A stretch of 59,149 nucleotides of DNA, the filler included. It is 8 parts of 8 records of this genome, joined end to end, with 100 filler letters (N's around TTAATTAATTAA, not from the genome) between each part and the next. Parts side by side here need not be neighbours in the genome. Positions count along the whole stretch, not along the records: positions 1 to 6,516 come from SRR31147125_110170; positions 6,617 to 12,774 come from SRR31147125_110435; 6 more parts are not named here. One strand, written 5' to 3'. Every line of letters begins with the position of its first letter. The stretch's first letter is position 1. Under the pieces are notes generated by a model, which saw only the letters and a program-made list of their open reading frames with translations, did no database searches and was not told the origin of the DNA. The position numbers and the translations under genes are program-made. Shown piece by piece: positions 1 through 8,284 of the stretch.

Positions 1-753
1 AAAAACGCGCTGGCGAATCTGGGGCTACCGGATACCGCAACGTTTTACTTATTGCGGCCCGGAGAGCTGGGCGCTGATACGCCGCCGGCGCCGCCCAACG
101 AGCCGCAAGCCGACCCGGCTGCCGACAATCAGGCAGCGGATAGTGACAATCAAGCCGTCGCCCCGGCTGACGATAACAGCGGCGCTGTTTCACCCGCCGC
201 CGAACAAAACGCCGCATCCACGGCCCCTGATAACAAGCCGGCTGCACACGCCCCCGTCCGGCAGGTTCGCCGCCCGCCCGATGTCCAGCGGATGCCGCCG
301 TTTATGATGCCGTCTTCCAATCAACGATCACCGGCACAGTCGCAGCCAAACAACATGCAGGCTCAACCCAATACGACGTCACAGCCGCAGGCTCAAGCTC
401 AGGCGGATGTATCTGGGCCCAACGCCAACGCCGGAGCCCCGGCGGCCGAACAGACGGCAACTGGGGAAAACGCCTCGGGGGAGGCGGATGAGGCAAAACC
501 CAATGATTTGGAGGGCTGGTCCCCTGCCGACAATCCGGGCGCTTTATTTAGCGACCCAGATTTTGCGGGAATCTGCCGCGGCGTAAAGGACGCGCTGACA
601 AAACCATCGGGCGACTTAACGCTTCTCGCCGTTCCATCCTCAAAAGATGAACCATTTCCCATGATGCCCGTTTTCTGTTTCGGTGATTCGGGACGTATCG
701 CCGGCCGGGAGTACATCATTTTTAAAATAAAAAATGGTAAATTAGCACTTTAA
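1..753 (+). CDS. Hypothetical protein, 5'-truncated; long Ala/Pro/Gln/Asn low-complexity region and a compact C-terminal domain
   Basis: Frame is open from base 1 to TAA at 751-753; no recognisable family. Confidence 0.6.
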   Translation, partial: KNALANLGLPDTATFYLLRPGELGADTPPAPPNEPQADPAADNQAADSDNQAVAPADDNSGAVSPAAEQNAASTAPDNKPAAHAPVRQVRRPPDVQRMPPFMMPSSNQRSPAQSQPNNMQAQPNTTSQPQAQAQADVSGPNANAGAPAAEQTATGENASGEADEAKPNDLEGWSPADNPGALFSDPDFAGICRGVKDALTKPSGDLTLLAVPSSKDEPFPMMPVFCFGDSGRIAGREYIIFKIKNGKLAL

Positions 754-758
754 AAACA

Positions 759-788
759 GAATAGTTTGAAGGCTATCGAGTCATAATA
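759..788 (+). promoter_or_regulatory. SigmaG-type forespore promoter
   Basis: GAATA-N18-CATAATA matches the sigmaG consensus GHATA-N18-CATANTA; lies upstream of coat-like genes. Confidence 0.65.
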
Positions 789-890
789 AGCACCGGAGTT
801 TGTCGTCTATGCTGTCGACGGACTCCGGTATAAATTTTAGTTTATACGATCCGAAAAACCGGCGACGCCGGTAAAACAGGAGGTATTATT

Positions 891-1076
891 TTGGCAAATC
901 TCACATCAAAAGAGCTGTCCGCCATTGAGGATCAGGCCGGCCAGGAGCAGTCCCTTGTAAAAAAGTACCAGGCCATGGCAAGCATGTGCACCGATACAAA
1001 GATCCAGCAGTGCCTGAATGACTATGCCAACAAGCACCAGCAGCATTTTAATTCTCTGGTAACATTTTTACAGTAG
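891..1076 (+). CDS. Small spore coat-associated protein (Coat F/ferritin-like, 61 aa)
   Basis: AGGAGG RBS and TTG start; LTSKEL...IEDQ...E...VKKY...HQQHF pattern typical of clostridial partners of Coat F genes. Confidence 0.7.
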   Translation: MANLTSKELSAIEDQAGQEQSLVKKYQAMASMCTDTKIQQCLNDYANKHQQHFNSLVTFLQ

Positions 1077-1090
1077 CGGGAGGAAACATT

Positions 1091-1360
1091 ATGAATATGA
1101 CAACCAATCAGGGACTGACGGAAAAAGAAATCCTGCAGGATTCGCTCATCTGCGAAAAACAAATGACGTCGAGCTATAATACGTTTGCCGGCGAATGCGT
1201 TAACCCGCAGCTGCGCAGCACGATGCTGAACATTTTGAACGATGTGCACACCATCCAGGCGGATATTTTCTCGACGATGCAGCAAAACGGCTGGTATCAG
1301 GTCGAGGCAGCCGAGCAGCAGAAAATCCAGAACGCACGTCAGAAGCTCCAATCCTGCTGA
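1091..1360 (+). CDS. Spore coat protein, Coat F domain
   Basis: LTEKEILQDSLICEK...YNTFAGECVNPQLR...MQQNGWY motif; GGGAGG RBS. Confidence 0.85.
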   Translation: MNMTTNQGLTEKEILQDSLICEKQMTSSYNTFAGECVNPQLRSTMLNILNDVHTIQADIFSTMQQNGWYQVEAAEQQKIQNARQKLQSC

Positions 1361-1419
1361 CCGGAAACCATTAAATCCTGATGCTTCAGGATGCCTATTA
1401 TAAGAAACCTCTTTAAAAT

Positions 1420-1454
1420 AAAAGCTGCGTCGTAAAAATTGACGCAGCTTTTTT
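1420..1454. terminator. Bidirectional intrinsic terminator
   Basis: AAAAGCTGCGTC...GACGCAGCTTTTTT between convergent genes. Confidence 0.8.
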
Positions 1455-1492
1455 CTTTAGCATATCGGCCGACCGGTCGAATCTGTTTGCTC

Positions 1493-1666
1493 TCAGCTCC
1501 ACATATTAGTGATATTGTCAATCATTTCTCCGGCGGCCTTAAGAGCCTTGCCTGCCATACTTTTATTATTTTTACTTTTTGGTGAGAACATCATTCCCAC
1601 AGCAGCGCCCGTCATCACACCAACAGCCATACCCTTAACAAATCCGGTTCTTGACATTTGCATCAT
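1493..1666 (-). CDS. Small membrane-anchored protein, YtxH-like N-terminus
   Basis: FVKGMAVGVMTGAAVGMMFSPK glycine-zipper helix followed by a basic tail. Confidence 0.7.
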   Translation of the reverse strand: MMQMSRTGFVKGMAVGVMTGAAVGMMFSPKSKNNKSMAGKALKAAGEMIDNITNMWS

Positions 1667-1843
1667 TCTTACCCCATTCCGCCGCTGCACACGGCTTATA
1701 ATTTTGTGATTAAGACACCCTTATCGGCGCAGCAGCAATGATAAGGGCTTTATCTGTCACCGGCCTGCGCCTGTAGCCGGATGGCCGCCAGGCACGAAAA
1801 AAACGGTGAAGTTTATTGCAAAACAAGCGTTTCGCGTCGGTTG

Positions 1844-1873
1844 TAGTATGCGCTTGCTAAAAAAATATTATTC
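1844..1873 (-). promoter_or_regulatory. SigmaG-type promoter driving the YtxH-like gene
   Basis: Minus strand reads GAATA-N18-CATACTA. Confidence 0.6.
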
Positions 1874-1963
1874 CTATATAATGCAAACAAACCAGCTTGT
1901 TGACTGAGTCAGTCGTTCTCAAACATTTAACCCGCCGAGGACGCTCATTGCGGAGGTTTCTTT

Positions 1964-3253
1964 ATGCTGCTAATAAAAAACGGACTTGTCGCTGACGCCG
2001 GATCGCTCGAACCGGTAAAAAACGACATTTTTATAAAAGACGGTAAAATCACGCCTTTAAAAGACAGGCCCTCGGATTTGAGCGGCGTATCCGTGATTGA
2101 CGCCGAGGGACTCATTGTCGCACCCGGGCTTGTGGATATGCATGTGCACTTCCGCGATCCCGGCTTTCTTTATAAAGAGGATATTTTTACCGGCGCGCGC
2201 GCGGCCGCGGCCGGCGGCGTGACAACGGCTGTTTGTATGCCGAACACATCCCCGGTTTTGGACAAGCCTGAAACGATTACGGACCTGACGGCGCGCGCCA
2301 AAGGGGCCGATATCAACGTCCTGCCGTATGGCGCGGTGACGGCCGGACAAAAAGGCGAATATCTGACGGACGCGGCCGCGCTCAAAGCCGCGGGCGCCGT
2401 CGGCCTGTCGGATGACGGACTGCCGGTTATGAGCGCAGCAGTCCTGCTGGCGGCTTTAAAAAAAGCCAAAGAGGCCGGCCTTGTAATCATCAGCCACTGC
2501 GAGGACGCCGGACTTGTGCGTGATTACGCCGTTAATGACGGCATCGTGTCCCGCAAGCTCGGCCTCCCCGGACGTCCCGCCGTTGCGGAGGACCTCATGG
2601 TCGCGCGGGACGCGATGCTGGCTAAAGAGGCCGGCGCGCGTATTCATATCGCACACGTCAGCACGGCAGGCGCTGTTGATATTATCCGGAAAGCAAAGGC
2701 CGTCGGCGTGCCCGTCACGGCTGAGACGTGCCCGCATTATTTTACACTGACGGAGGACGAGGTCCTCTTGCGTGGCGCGATGGCCCGCGTCAATCCCCCG
2801 TTGCGCACACCAAAGGACGTCAAGGCCGTAATGGACGGCTTAATGGACGGGACCCTCGACGCCATCGCCACAGACCATGCCCCGCACAGCGCCGCGGAAA
2901 AAGGGCAGCCGCTTGAAAAAGCGCCCAGCGGCATCTCGGGGCTCGAAACGTCGCTGGGCGTCACACTGACGGCGCTGTATCATACGGGCAAGCTCCCGCT
3001 GGGCCGCATCATTGAACTCATGTCCACCCGCCCGGCCGATATACTCGGCCTTAAAAAGGGCCGAATCGGCATTGGAGACGACGCTGACCTTGTCATCTTC
3101 GACCCTAACAGGGAATGGACAGCCGACCCGGACGCATTCCGCTCAAAGGGCCATAACACGCCTTTTGCCGGCCGGACGCTCAAGGGCAAGGTTCAATACA
3201 CAATCTGCGCAGGTAAAATCGTTTATTCGGAGGAACATACGCATGTCATTTGA
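1964..3253 (+). CDS. pyrC: Dihydroorotase
   Basis: DMHVHFRDPG, MPNT, HIAHVS, NPPLR and ATDHAPH motifs; upstream of pyrF. Confidence 0.95.
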   Translation: MLLIKNGLVADAGSLEPVKNDIFIKDGKITPLKDRPSDLSGVSVIDAEGLIVAPGLVDMHVHFRDPGFLYKEDIFTGARAAAAGGVTTAVCMPNTSPVLDKPETITDLTARAKGADINVLPYGAVTAGQKGEYLTDAAALKAAGAVGLSDDGLPVMSAAVLLAALKKAKEAGLVIISHCEDAGLVRDYAVNDGIVSRKLGLPGRPAVAEDLMVARDAMLAKEAGARIHIAHVSTAGAVDIIRKAKAVGVPVTAETCPHYFTLTEDEVLLRGAMARVNPPLRTPKDVKAVMDGLMDGTLDAIATDHAPHSAAEKGQPLEKAPSGISGLETSLGVTLTALYHTGKLPLGRIIELMSTRPADILGLKKGRIGIGDDADLVIFDPNREWTADPDAFRSKGHNTPFAGRTLKGKVQYTICAGKIVYSEEHTHVI

Positions 3254-4166
3254 TCGTTTGCAGGCAAAAATCCTGCAGCTTAAAAATCCGACCGTCGTCG
3301 GACTGGACCCGAAGCCGGACTATATTCCAAAGCACATCCTGGACCGTCACCTGGCTGAAAAGGGTGAAACCCTCGAAGCGATGGCGGACGCCTTTCTGGA
3401 ATTCAATCAGACTCTGATGGACGCGCTGTGCGATATCATTCCCGCCGTCAAGCCGCAATCAGCCTTTTACGAGCTTTTAGGCCCGGCAGGCGTCGACGCG
3501 CTGAAAAAGACCGTGGATTACGCGCAGTCCAAAGGCCTTTATGTTATCGGCGACATCAAGCGCGGCGATATCGGCTCAACGGCCGAGGCTTACAGCGAGG
3601 CCTATCTCGGCAGCGTGAAAATTGGCGGCAGCGAGCTCGTCCCTTTCGGGTTTGACGCCGTTACGGTCAACGCCTATCTCGGCTCGGACGGCGTGCGTCC
3701 GTTTCTTGACACAGCCGCGCGTAACGATGGGGCGATTTTCGTGCTTGTCAAGACCTCCAACCCCTCCAGCGCTGAGCTTCAGGATCTTGAAACGGGCGGG
3801 CAGAAGCTTTATACCGTCATGGGCGACCTGATGGAAAAGCTGTCGTCGGACTCGCGCGGGCAGTATGGCTATTCCCGCGCCGGGGCTGTGGTCGGCGCGA
3901 CATATCCGGAGGAACTTAAATTCCTGCGCGACCGGCTTAAACAGACGTTTTTTCTGGTTCCCGGTTACGGGGCGCAGGGCGGAGGCGCATCCGACGTGGC
4001 CGGCGCATTCGCCAATGGCGGGCGCGGCGCGATCATCAATTCCTCCAGAGGTATTATCTGCGCGTGGAAAAAGACCGGCAGGGACGGCGCGGACTATGCC
4101 GAGGCGGCGCGCGCCGAGGCGCTGCGGATGCGCACGGACCTATGCTCTGTCATTAATTTTAATTAA
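3243..4166 (+). CDS. pyrF: Orotidine-5'-phosphate decarboxylase
   Basis: VGLDP, KPQSAFYE, DIKRGDIGST, VGAT and PGYGAQGG motifs; likely start is the ATG at 3243 overlapping the pyrC end. Confidence 0.95.
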   Translation: MSFDRLQAKILQLKNPTVVGLDPKPDYIPKHILDRHLAEKGETLEAMADAFLEFNQTLMDALCDIIPAVKPQSAFYELLGPAGVDALKKTVDYAQSKGLYVIGDIKRGDIGSTAEAYSEAYLGSVKIGGSELVPFGFDAVTVNAYLGSDGVRPFLDTAARNDGAIFVLVKTSNPSSAELQDLETGGQKLYTVMGDLMEKLSSDSRGQYGYSRAGAVVGATYPEELKFLRDRLKQTFFLVPGYGAQGGGASDVAGAFANGGRGAIINSSRGIICAWKKTGRDGADYAEAARAEALRMRTDLCSVINFN

Positions 4167-4181
4167 ACCAGGAGGACCGCC

Positions 4182-4853
4182 ATGTACAGGGTGCTCATCG
4201 TCGAGGACGACGACGCCATTTCGCGCGCCTTGGAAAAATATCTGGAGTCCTGGGGGCTTGAGGCTGCCTGCGTCACTGATTTCAGCGATGTTATGGCCGA
4301 GTTTGCCGCTTACGACCCGCAGCTGGTGCTCTTGGATATCAAGCTGCCGTTTTTTAACGGGTATCATTGGTGCCGCCAGATCCGCGCCGTATCGAAGGTG
4401 CCGGTGATTTTTATCTCGTCGGCCTCGGAAAACATGAATATTGTCATGGCGATGAACATGGGCGGCGACGACTTTATCGCTAAGCCCTTTGATCTGGACG
4501 TGCTCATCGCCAAGGTACAGGCGCTTTTGCGCCGGGCGTACGATTACGCCGGCACGTCACGCCTGATCGAGTGCCGGGGCGCCGTTTTAAATACGGCCGA
4601 CGCCACGCTCACCTATAATGGCGAAAAGCTCGACCTGACAAAAAACGAATACCGGGTCCTCGAGCTTCTCATGTCCCAGCGGGGCAAAACAGTTAGCCGG
4701 GACGCTATCATGGCTCGTTTGTGGGAAAACGACAGTTTTGTGGACGAAAACGCGCTGACGGTGAGTGTGACACGTCTGCGCCGCAAGCTTGAGTCCAGCG
4801 GACTCGTGGGATTTATCGTGACTAAAAAAGGGCTGGGTTATCAGGTTGGCTGA
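4182..4853 (+). CDS. OmpR-family response regulator (BceR/GraR-like)
   Basis: Receiver domain LLDIKLPFFNGYHWC, MAMNMGGDDF; winged-helix LTVSVTRLRRKL. Confidence 0.9.
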   Translation: MYRVLIVEDDDAISRALEKYLESWGLEAACVTDFSDVMAEFAAYDPQLVLLDIKLPFFNGYHWCRQIRAVSKVPVIFISSASENMNIVMAMNMGGDDFIAKPFDLDVLIAKVQALLRRAYDYAGTSRLIECRGAVLNTADATLTYNGEKLDLTKNEYRVLELLMSQRGKTVSRDAIMARLWENDSFVDENALTVSVTRLRRKLESSGLVGFIVTKKGLGYQVG

Positions 4854-4881
4854 GTCCATCAGGCCTTGAAGGAGTGTTTTT

Positions 4882-5862
4882 ATGCTCGTAGGCTATTTGC
4901 GCCGTCATATTAAGATCATTATTCTTCTTGCACTGTTCGTTCTCATCTTCACGGTTGTCTTTAACCTGTACGAGCTGCCGACAGAAGCCGTCTTGTACGC
5001 GGCGGCCTTATGCCTTCTGGTCGGGCTGTTATTATTTTTCATCGGCTTTATCCGATATATTTCTCAGCATAAAACCCTTGCCGAAATGTCGCGACGGATT
5101 ACGGTCAGTTATGACGGGCTGCCCGCGCCGCGCGGACAGCTGGAGGACGATTATCAGGAGCTGGTCAAAGCGCTCTATCGCGAATCGGCGCGCGCGCGCT
5201 CCGAGGCCGACAGCGCCAAGAGCGAGCTGCTTGATTATTTCACACTCTGGGTCCATCAAATCAAAACGCCGATTGCCGCTATGCGCCTGCTTTTAATGAC
5301 CGAGCAGGGCGAGCAGAATATGGCGCTGTCTGCCGAGCTGGTTAAAATCGAGCAGTACGTAGACATGGCGCTGCAATATCTCCGCCTTGACAGCGACACA
5401 ACCGATTTGGTTATACGTGAATGTGACCTGGATGAGCTCATCCGTCAATCCTTACGGAAATACGCCAATCTGTTTATTCTCAAGAAAATCCAGCTTGATT
5501 TCCAGGAGACGAAGCTCAAAGTGCTGACCGACGAGAAATGGCTGTCCTTTATTCTGGAGCAGCTTTTAGGCAATGCGCTCAAGTACACCAAAAAGGGCGC
5601 CGTAACGATCCGCGTCGAGGGCCTCGCGCTTATCGTGGAGGACACTGGCGTCGGCATCCGGCCGGAGGACCTGCCGCGTATATTTGAAAAAGGCTTTACG
5701 GGCCTTAACGGCCGGGAGGACAGGAAATCAACCGGCCTCGGCCTGTATCTGACGAAGCGCGCTGCCGACCTTTTGGGCCACACCATCACGGCCGAATCAA
5801 CGGTTGGCACCGGTACGCGCATTAAAATCGACCTCGTGACTGTGCGCACCATTCTCGATTAG
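4882..5862 (+). CDS. Intramembrane-sensing histidine kinase (BceS/GraS-like)
   Basis: Two closely spaced TM helices; WVHQIKTP H-box, NALKY, DTGVGI, GFTG, GLGLYL. Confidence 0.9.
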   Translation: MLVGYLRRHIKIIILLALFVLIFTVVFNLYELPTEAVLYAAALCLLVGLLLFFIGFIRYISQHKTLAEMSRRITVSYDGLPAPRGQLEDDYQELVKALYRESARARSEADSAKSELLDYFTLWVHQIKTPIAAMRLLLMTEQGEQNMALSAELVKIEQYVDMALQYLRLDSDTTDLVIRECDLDELIRQSLRKYANLFILKKIQLDFQETKLKVLTDEKWLSFILEQLLGNALKYTKKGAVTIRVEGLALIVEDTGVGIRPEDLPRIFEKGFTGLNGREDRKSTGLGLYLTKRAADLLGHTITAESTVGTGTRIKIDLVTVRTILD

Positions 5863-5895
5863 CAGTAAAAAACGTATCCTTTTCGGCTTCCATTA

Positions 5896-5938
5896 GCAAA
5901 TTGTCCGGGCCCCGCATATAACGTAACGGGGGTGATAT
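5896..5938 (+). promoter_or_regulatory. Sporulation-type promoter plus RBS, copy 1
   Basis: GCAAA-N14-CATATAACGTAACGGGGGTGATAT; the 25-mer at 5914-5938 is 23/25 identical to 6246-6270. Confidence 0.6.
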
Positions 5939-5941
5939 ATT

Positions 5942-6121
5942 TTGTACTGCGGACTTGGCAGATGCGGCTACCCCTTCGGCTGGCGTAACTATGGGTATGG
6001 CTATGGGTACTATCCAGGTTACGGCCGCTGGCGCAGCTTCGGTTATCCCGGTTATTACGGCAGATTCGGTTACCCGTACCGCGGATACGGCTGGGGCGGT
6101 TACAACCGCTTATTCTGGTAA
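5942..6121 (+). CDS. Gly/Tyr-rich small protein, 59 aa (MYCGLGRCGYPFGWRNYGYGYGYYPGYGRWRSFGYPGYYGRFGYPYRGYGWGGYNRLFW), probable spore coat component
   Basis: Translated by hand; GGGGTGA RBS, TTG start, TAA stop, downstream hairpin; below the ORF-track size cutoff. Confidence 0.8.
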   Translation: MYCGLGRCGYPFGWRNYGYGYGYYPGYGRWRSFGYPGYYGRFGYPYRGYGWGGYNRLFW

Positions 6122-6227
6122 ATTAACGGCCTGCCCGCAAAAAGGCGGGCCGTACATACAGTTTTTTTCATAGCGTTTAAAGCGGGCCGAGCCCCGTCTT
6201 TTTTATTATGGCGGGCATGACATTATC

Positions 6228-6270
6228 GCAAAATAAGGACGCTGGGCATATAACGTAGCAGGGGTGATAT
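6228..6270 (+). promoter_or_regulatory. Sporulation-type promoter plus RBS, copy 2
   Basis: GCAAA-N14-CATATAACGTAGCAGGGGTGATAT. Confidence 0.6.
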
Positions 6271-6273
6271 TAT

Positions 6274-6423
6274 ATGTTCAACGGATATAACCGATGCCGC
6301 TACATCGAACGTGGATACGTATGCTGCCGCAGCTGTTGTTCCGGTCCGTCACGCTGCCGCAGAGGCTGCAGCACCTGCTGCCAAAGCTATTACCGGCAAT
6401 ACTGCCGCCGCGGGGTCTGCTAG
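6274..6423 (+). CDS. Cys/Arg-rich small protein, 49 aa (MFNGYNRCRYIERGYVCCRSCCSGPSRCRRGCSTCCQSYYRQYCRRGVC)
   Basis: Translated by hand; GGGGTGA RBS, ATG 6274, TAG 6421-6423, hairpin GCCCGT...ACGGGC downstream; 11 Cys. Confidence 0.75.
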   Translation: MFNGYNRCRYIERGYVCCRSCCSGPSRCRRGCSTCCQSYYRQYCRRGVC

Positions 6424-6516
6424 ACCAACAGGCCCGTATATAATAACGGGCTAAAGCTTGCCGAGAAAGTCTTTTATCCTTCGTCTATGCGTCCAATCGC
6501 CGTGCGATTGAATTTT

Positions 6517-6616
6517 NNNNNNNNNNNNNNNNNNNNNNNNNNNNNNNNNNNNNNNNNNNNTTAATTAATTAANNNNNNNNNNNNNNNNNNNNNNNNNNNN
6601 NNNNNNNNNNNNNNNN
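6517..6616. other. Artificial contig linker; further copies at 12775-12874, 18323-18422, 24320-24419, 31963-32062, 48030-48129 and 53685-53784
   Basis: N44-TTAATTAATTAA-N44, with stops in all six frames; composition and gene content change at each linker. Confidence 0.98.
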
Positions 6617-7966
6617 AGTTTGGGGAATCGGACCCAACTGTCTCGGGATTCCCTGTCCCAGAAAGATAATTTCATTCAGCTCATCTCTATCCATCGCAAG
6701 GGACATCGCCTGACGAAAGCGCACATCCGACATAGCATCAGTCAGGATGGGATCCTTAGGATAGGTAGTATTAAATCCGAATACAATGTAGGAACCCTTT
6801 ACTCCCGTACCGAGAAATGCTCGATAATCACCTTTTTCCTCATTATCCTTAAACATCGGGAAATCATTGAGAGAGAGGTCCTTGGAGGCAATGCTGTAAT
6901 CACCGTTCATGGCTCCGATTGTTTTTGAGTCGGTATTCTGAACTACGATTCGATGCATTTCATCAAGATACGGCAGCTGATTGCCTGCTACATCAACTTT
7001 CCAGTAGTAGGGATTTCGTTCAAAGAAGCGGTTTCCTGAAGTATCCGTACCAACCCAAACCCATGGATTCAGAACCGGCAGATCCATATCGACCTGTTTC
7101 TGTCCGCCATCCTGTCTGGTGTAGTGATCCTGAAATGCTTCAACCCAGCTCTCATATCCATTCTGTTTAGCCGACTTGTCAGCATCTGCATTATATTTTA
7201 TATGATACTGCTTCAGATAATGAGCCGGTGCGAAAGGATCGATCTGGGTATAATTCTTGGATATTTTTGCTGCTATTGTCGGGTTTGGAAGCTTGAAGTT
7301 AAACTGGATAGTGTAATCGTCAATTTTCTCCATAACCACCGGTTCGCCGCCGACTACCCAGAAGGCATTCGGTACGGGAGTAAGTTCTTCATTTGTAAAG
7401 ATATCTTCATACCAGAACATGAAATCTTCTGCGGTAAAGTACTCACCGTCACTCCAGCGCATACCTTCACGAAGACTTATAACCATGCTTTTATTGTCAT
7501 TAATAAATTCCACCGATTTGGCTATGTTGGGATATACCGTCGATAAATCGGGAAGGTATGAAAAAAGTTTCTGTTCACGTATAGTGGCCAAATCCCAGCC
7601 TTCATTTGTCGGAGTTGTAGCCGCACCTCTGAAAATACCGCCATAGGTACCGATTGCATCACTCGGCTGGACAACCATAGGAGCATCACTGATCCTCATT
7701 TCAACCGGATCAAGCTCATTATTTTTCACCATCTCAGCAAGCTCAGGTGCTTCACTGAAGGATTCAATTGATAACCCTGTTTTTTCAGTAAAATCCTGAG
7801 GTGAATTATAGATTATAATTTCTCCATTAAATTCAATTTGAGAATCCACCTCATCGGCAACCGCTGCAGCAGTTTCAGTTTCTTCCTGGCCTCCTGCGGC
7901 AGCAGTCATTACGATTGCAAGGAACAGTACCATTGCAACTAGAAAAATTCTTGAGAATTTTTTCAT
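6617..7966 (-). CDS. ABC transporter substrate-binding protein, family 5 (3'-truncated)
   Basis: Signal peptide ending AAAGGQEE (spirochaete style); EAPEL, IGTYGG, LREGMRWSDG, RNPYYWKVD.GNQLPYLD, FRQAMSLAMDR. Confidence 0.9.
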
Positions 7967-8284
7967 ACATAATCTCCTTCATAAATTTAGATATAACTAT
8001 TCTCAATCAGGCTGATGCTGTCCACAACCAACAATTATACTCAATTAGTGGATTATAATTATCAAAAAACAAAATTTCATATATTTTTTGATCATAAACC
8101 CATCTTTATTTAATTAATTATTATCCACCCTTTCATCATTATTATCAGTTTTAAACTACCTGAAAAAACCTTTATTATGTATGAAAATCAGTATGGATTC
8201 CTCCAATGTAATGCTGATAAAATAGTAATATTCTGAAGCGGCTGCCGGTAGTTTCTTTTGCTTCAGAATTTATTTTGTGAAGTT

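Noticed and set aside
1880-1963. PyrR attenuator upstream of pyrC
   Set aside because: No PyrR binding-loop consensus or terminator seen
5955-6173. 72-aa Ala/Thr/Val-rich ORF in the track
   Set aside because: Shadow frame of the Gly/Tyr protein at 5942-6121, which has the properly spaced RBS
6517-6616. Recurring TTAATTAATTAA element flanked by Ns
   Set aside because: Artificial all-frame-stop linker; neighbourhoods across it carry no meaning
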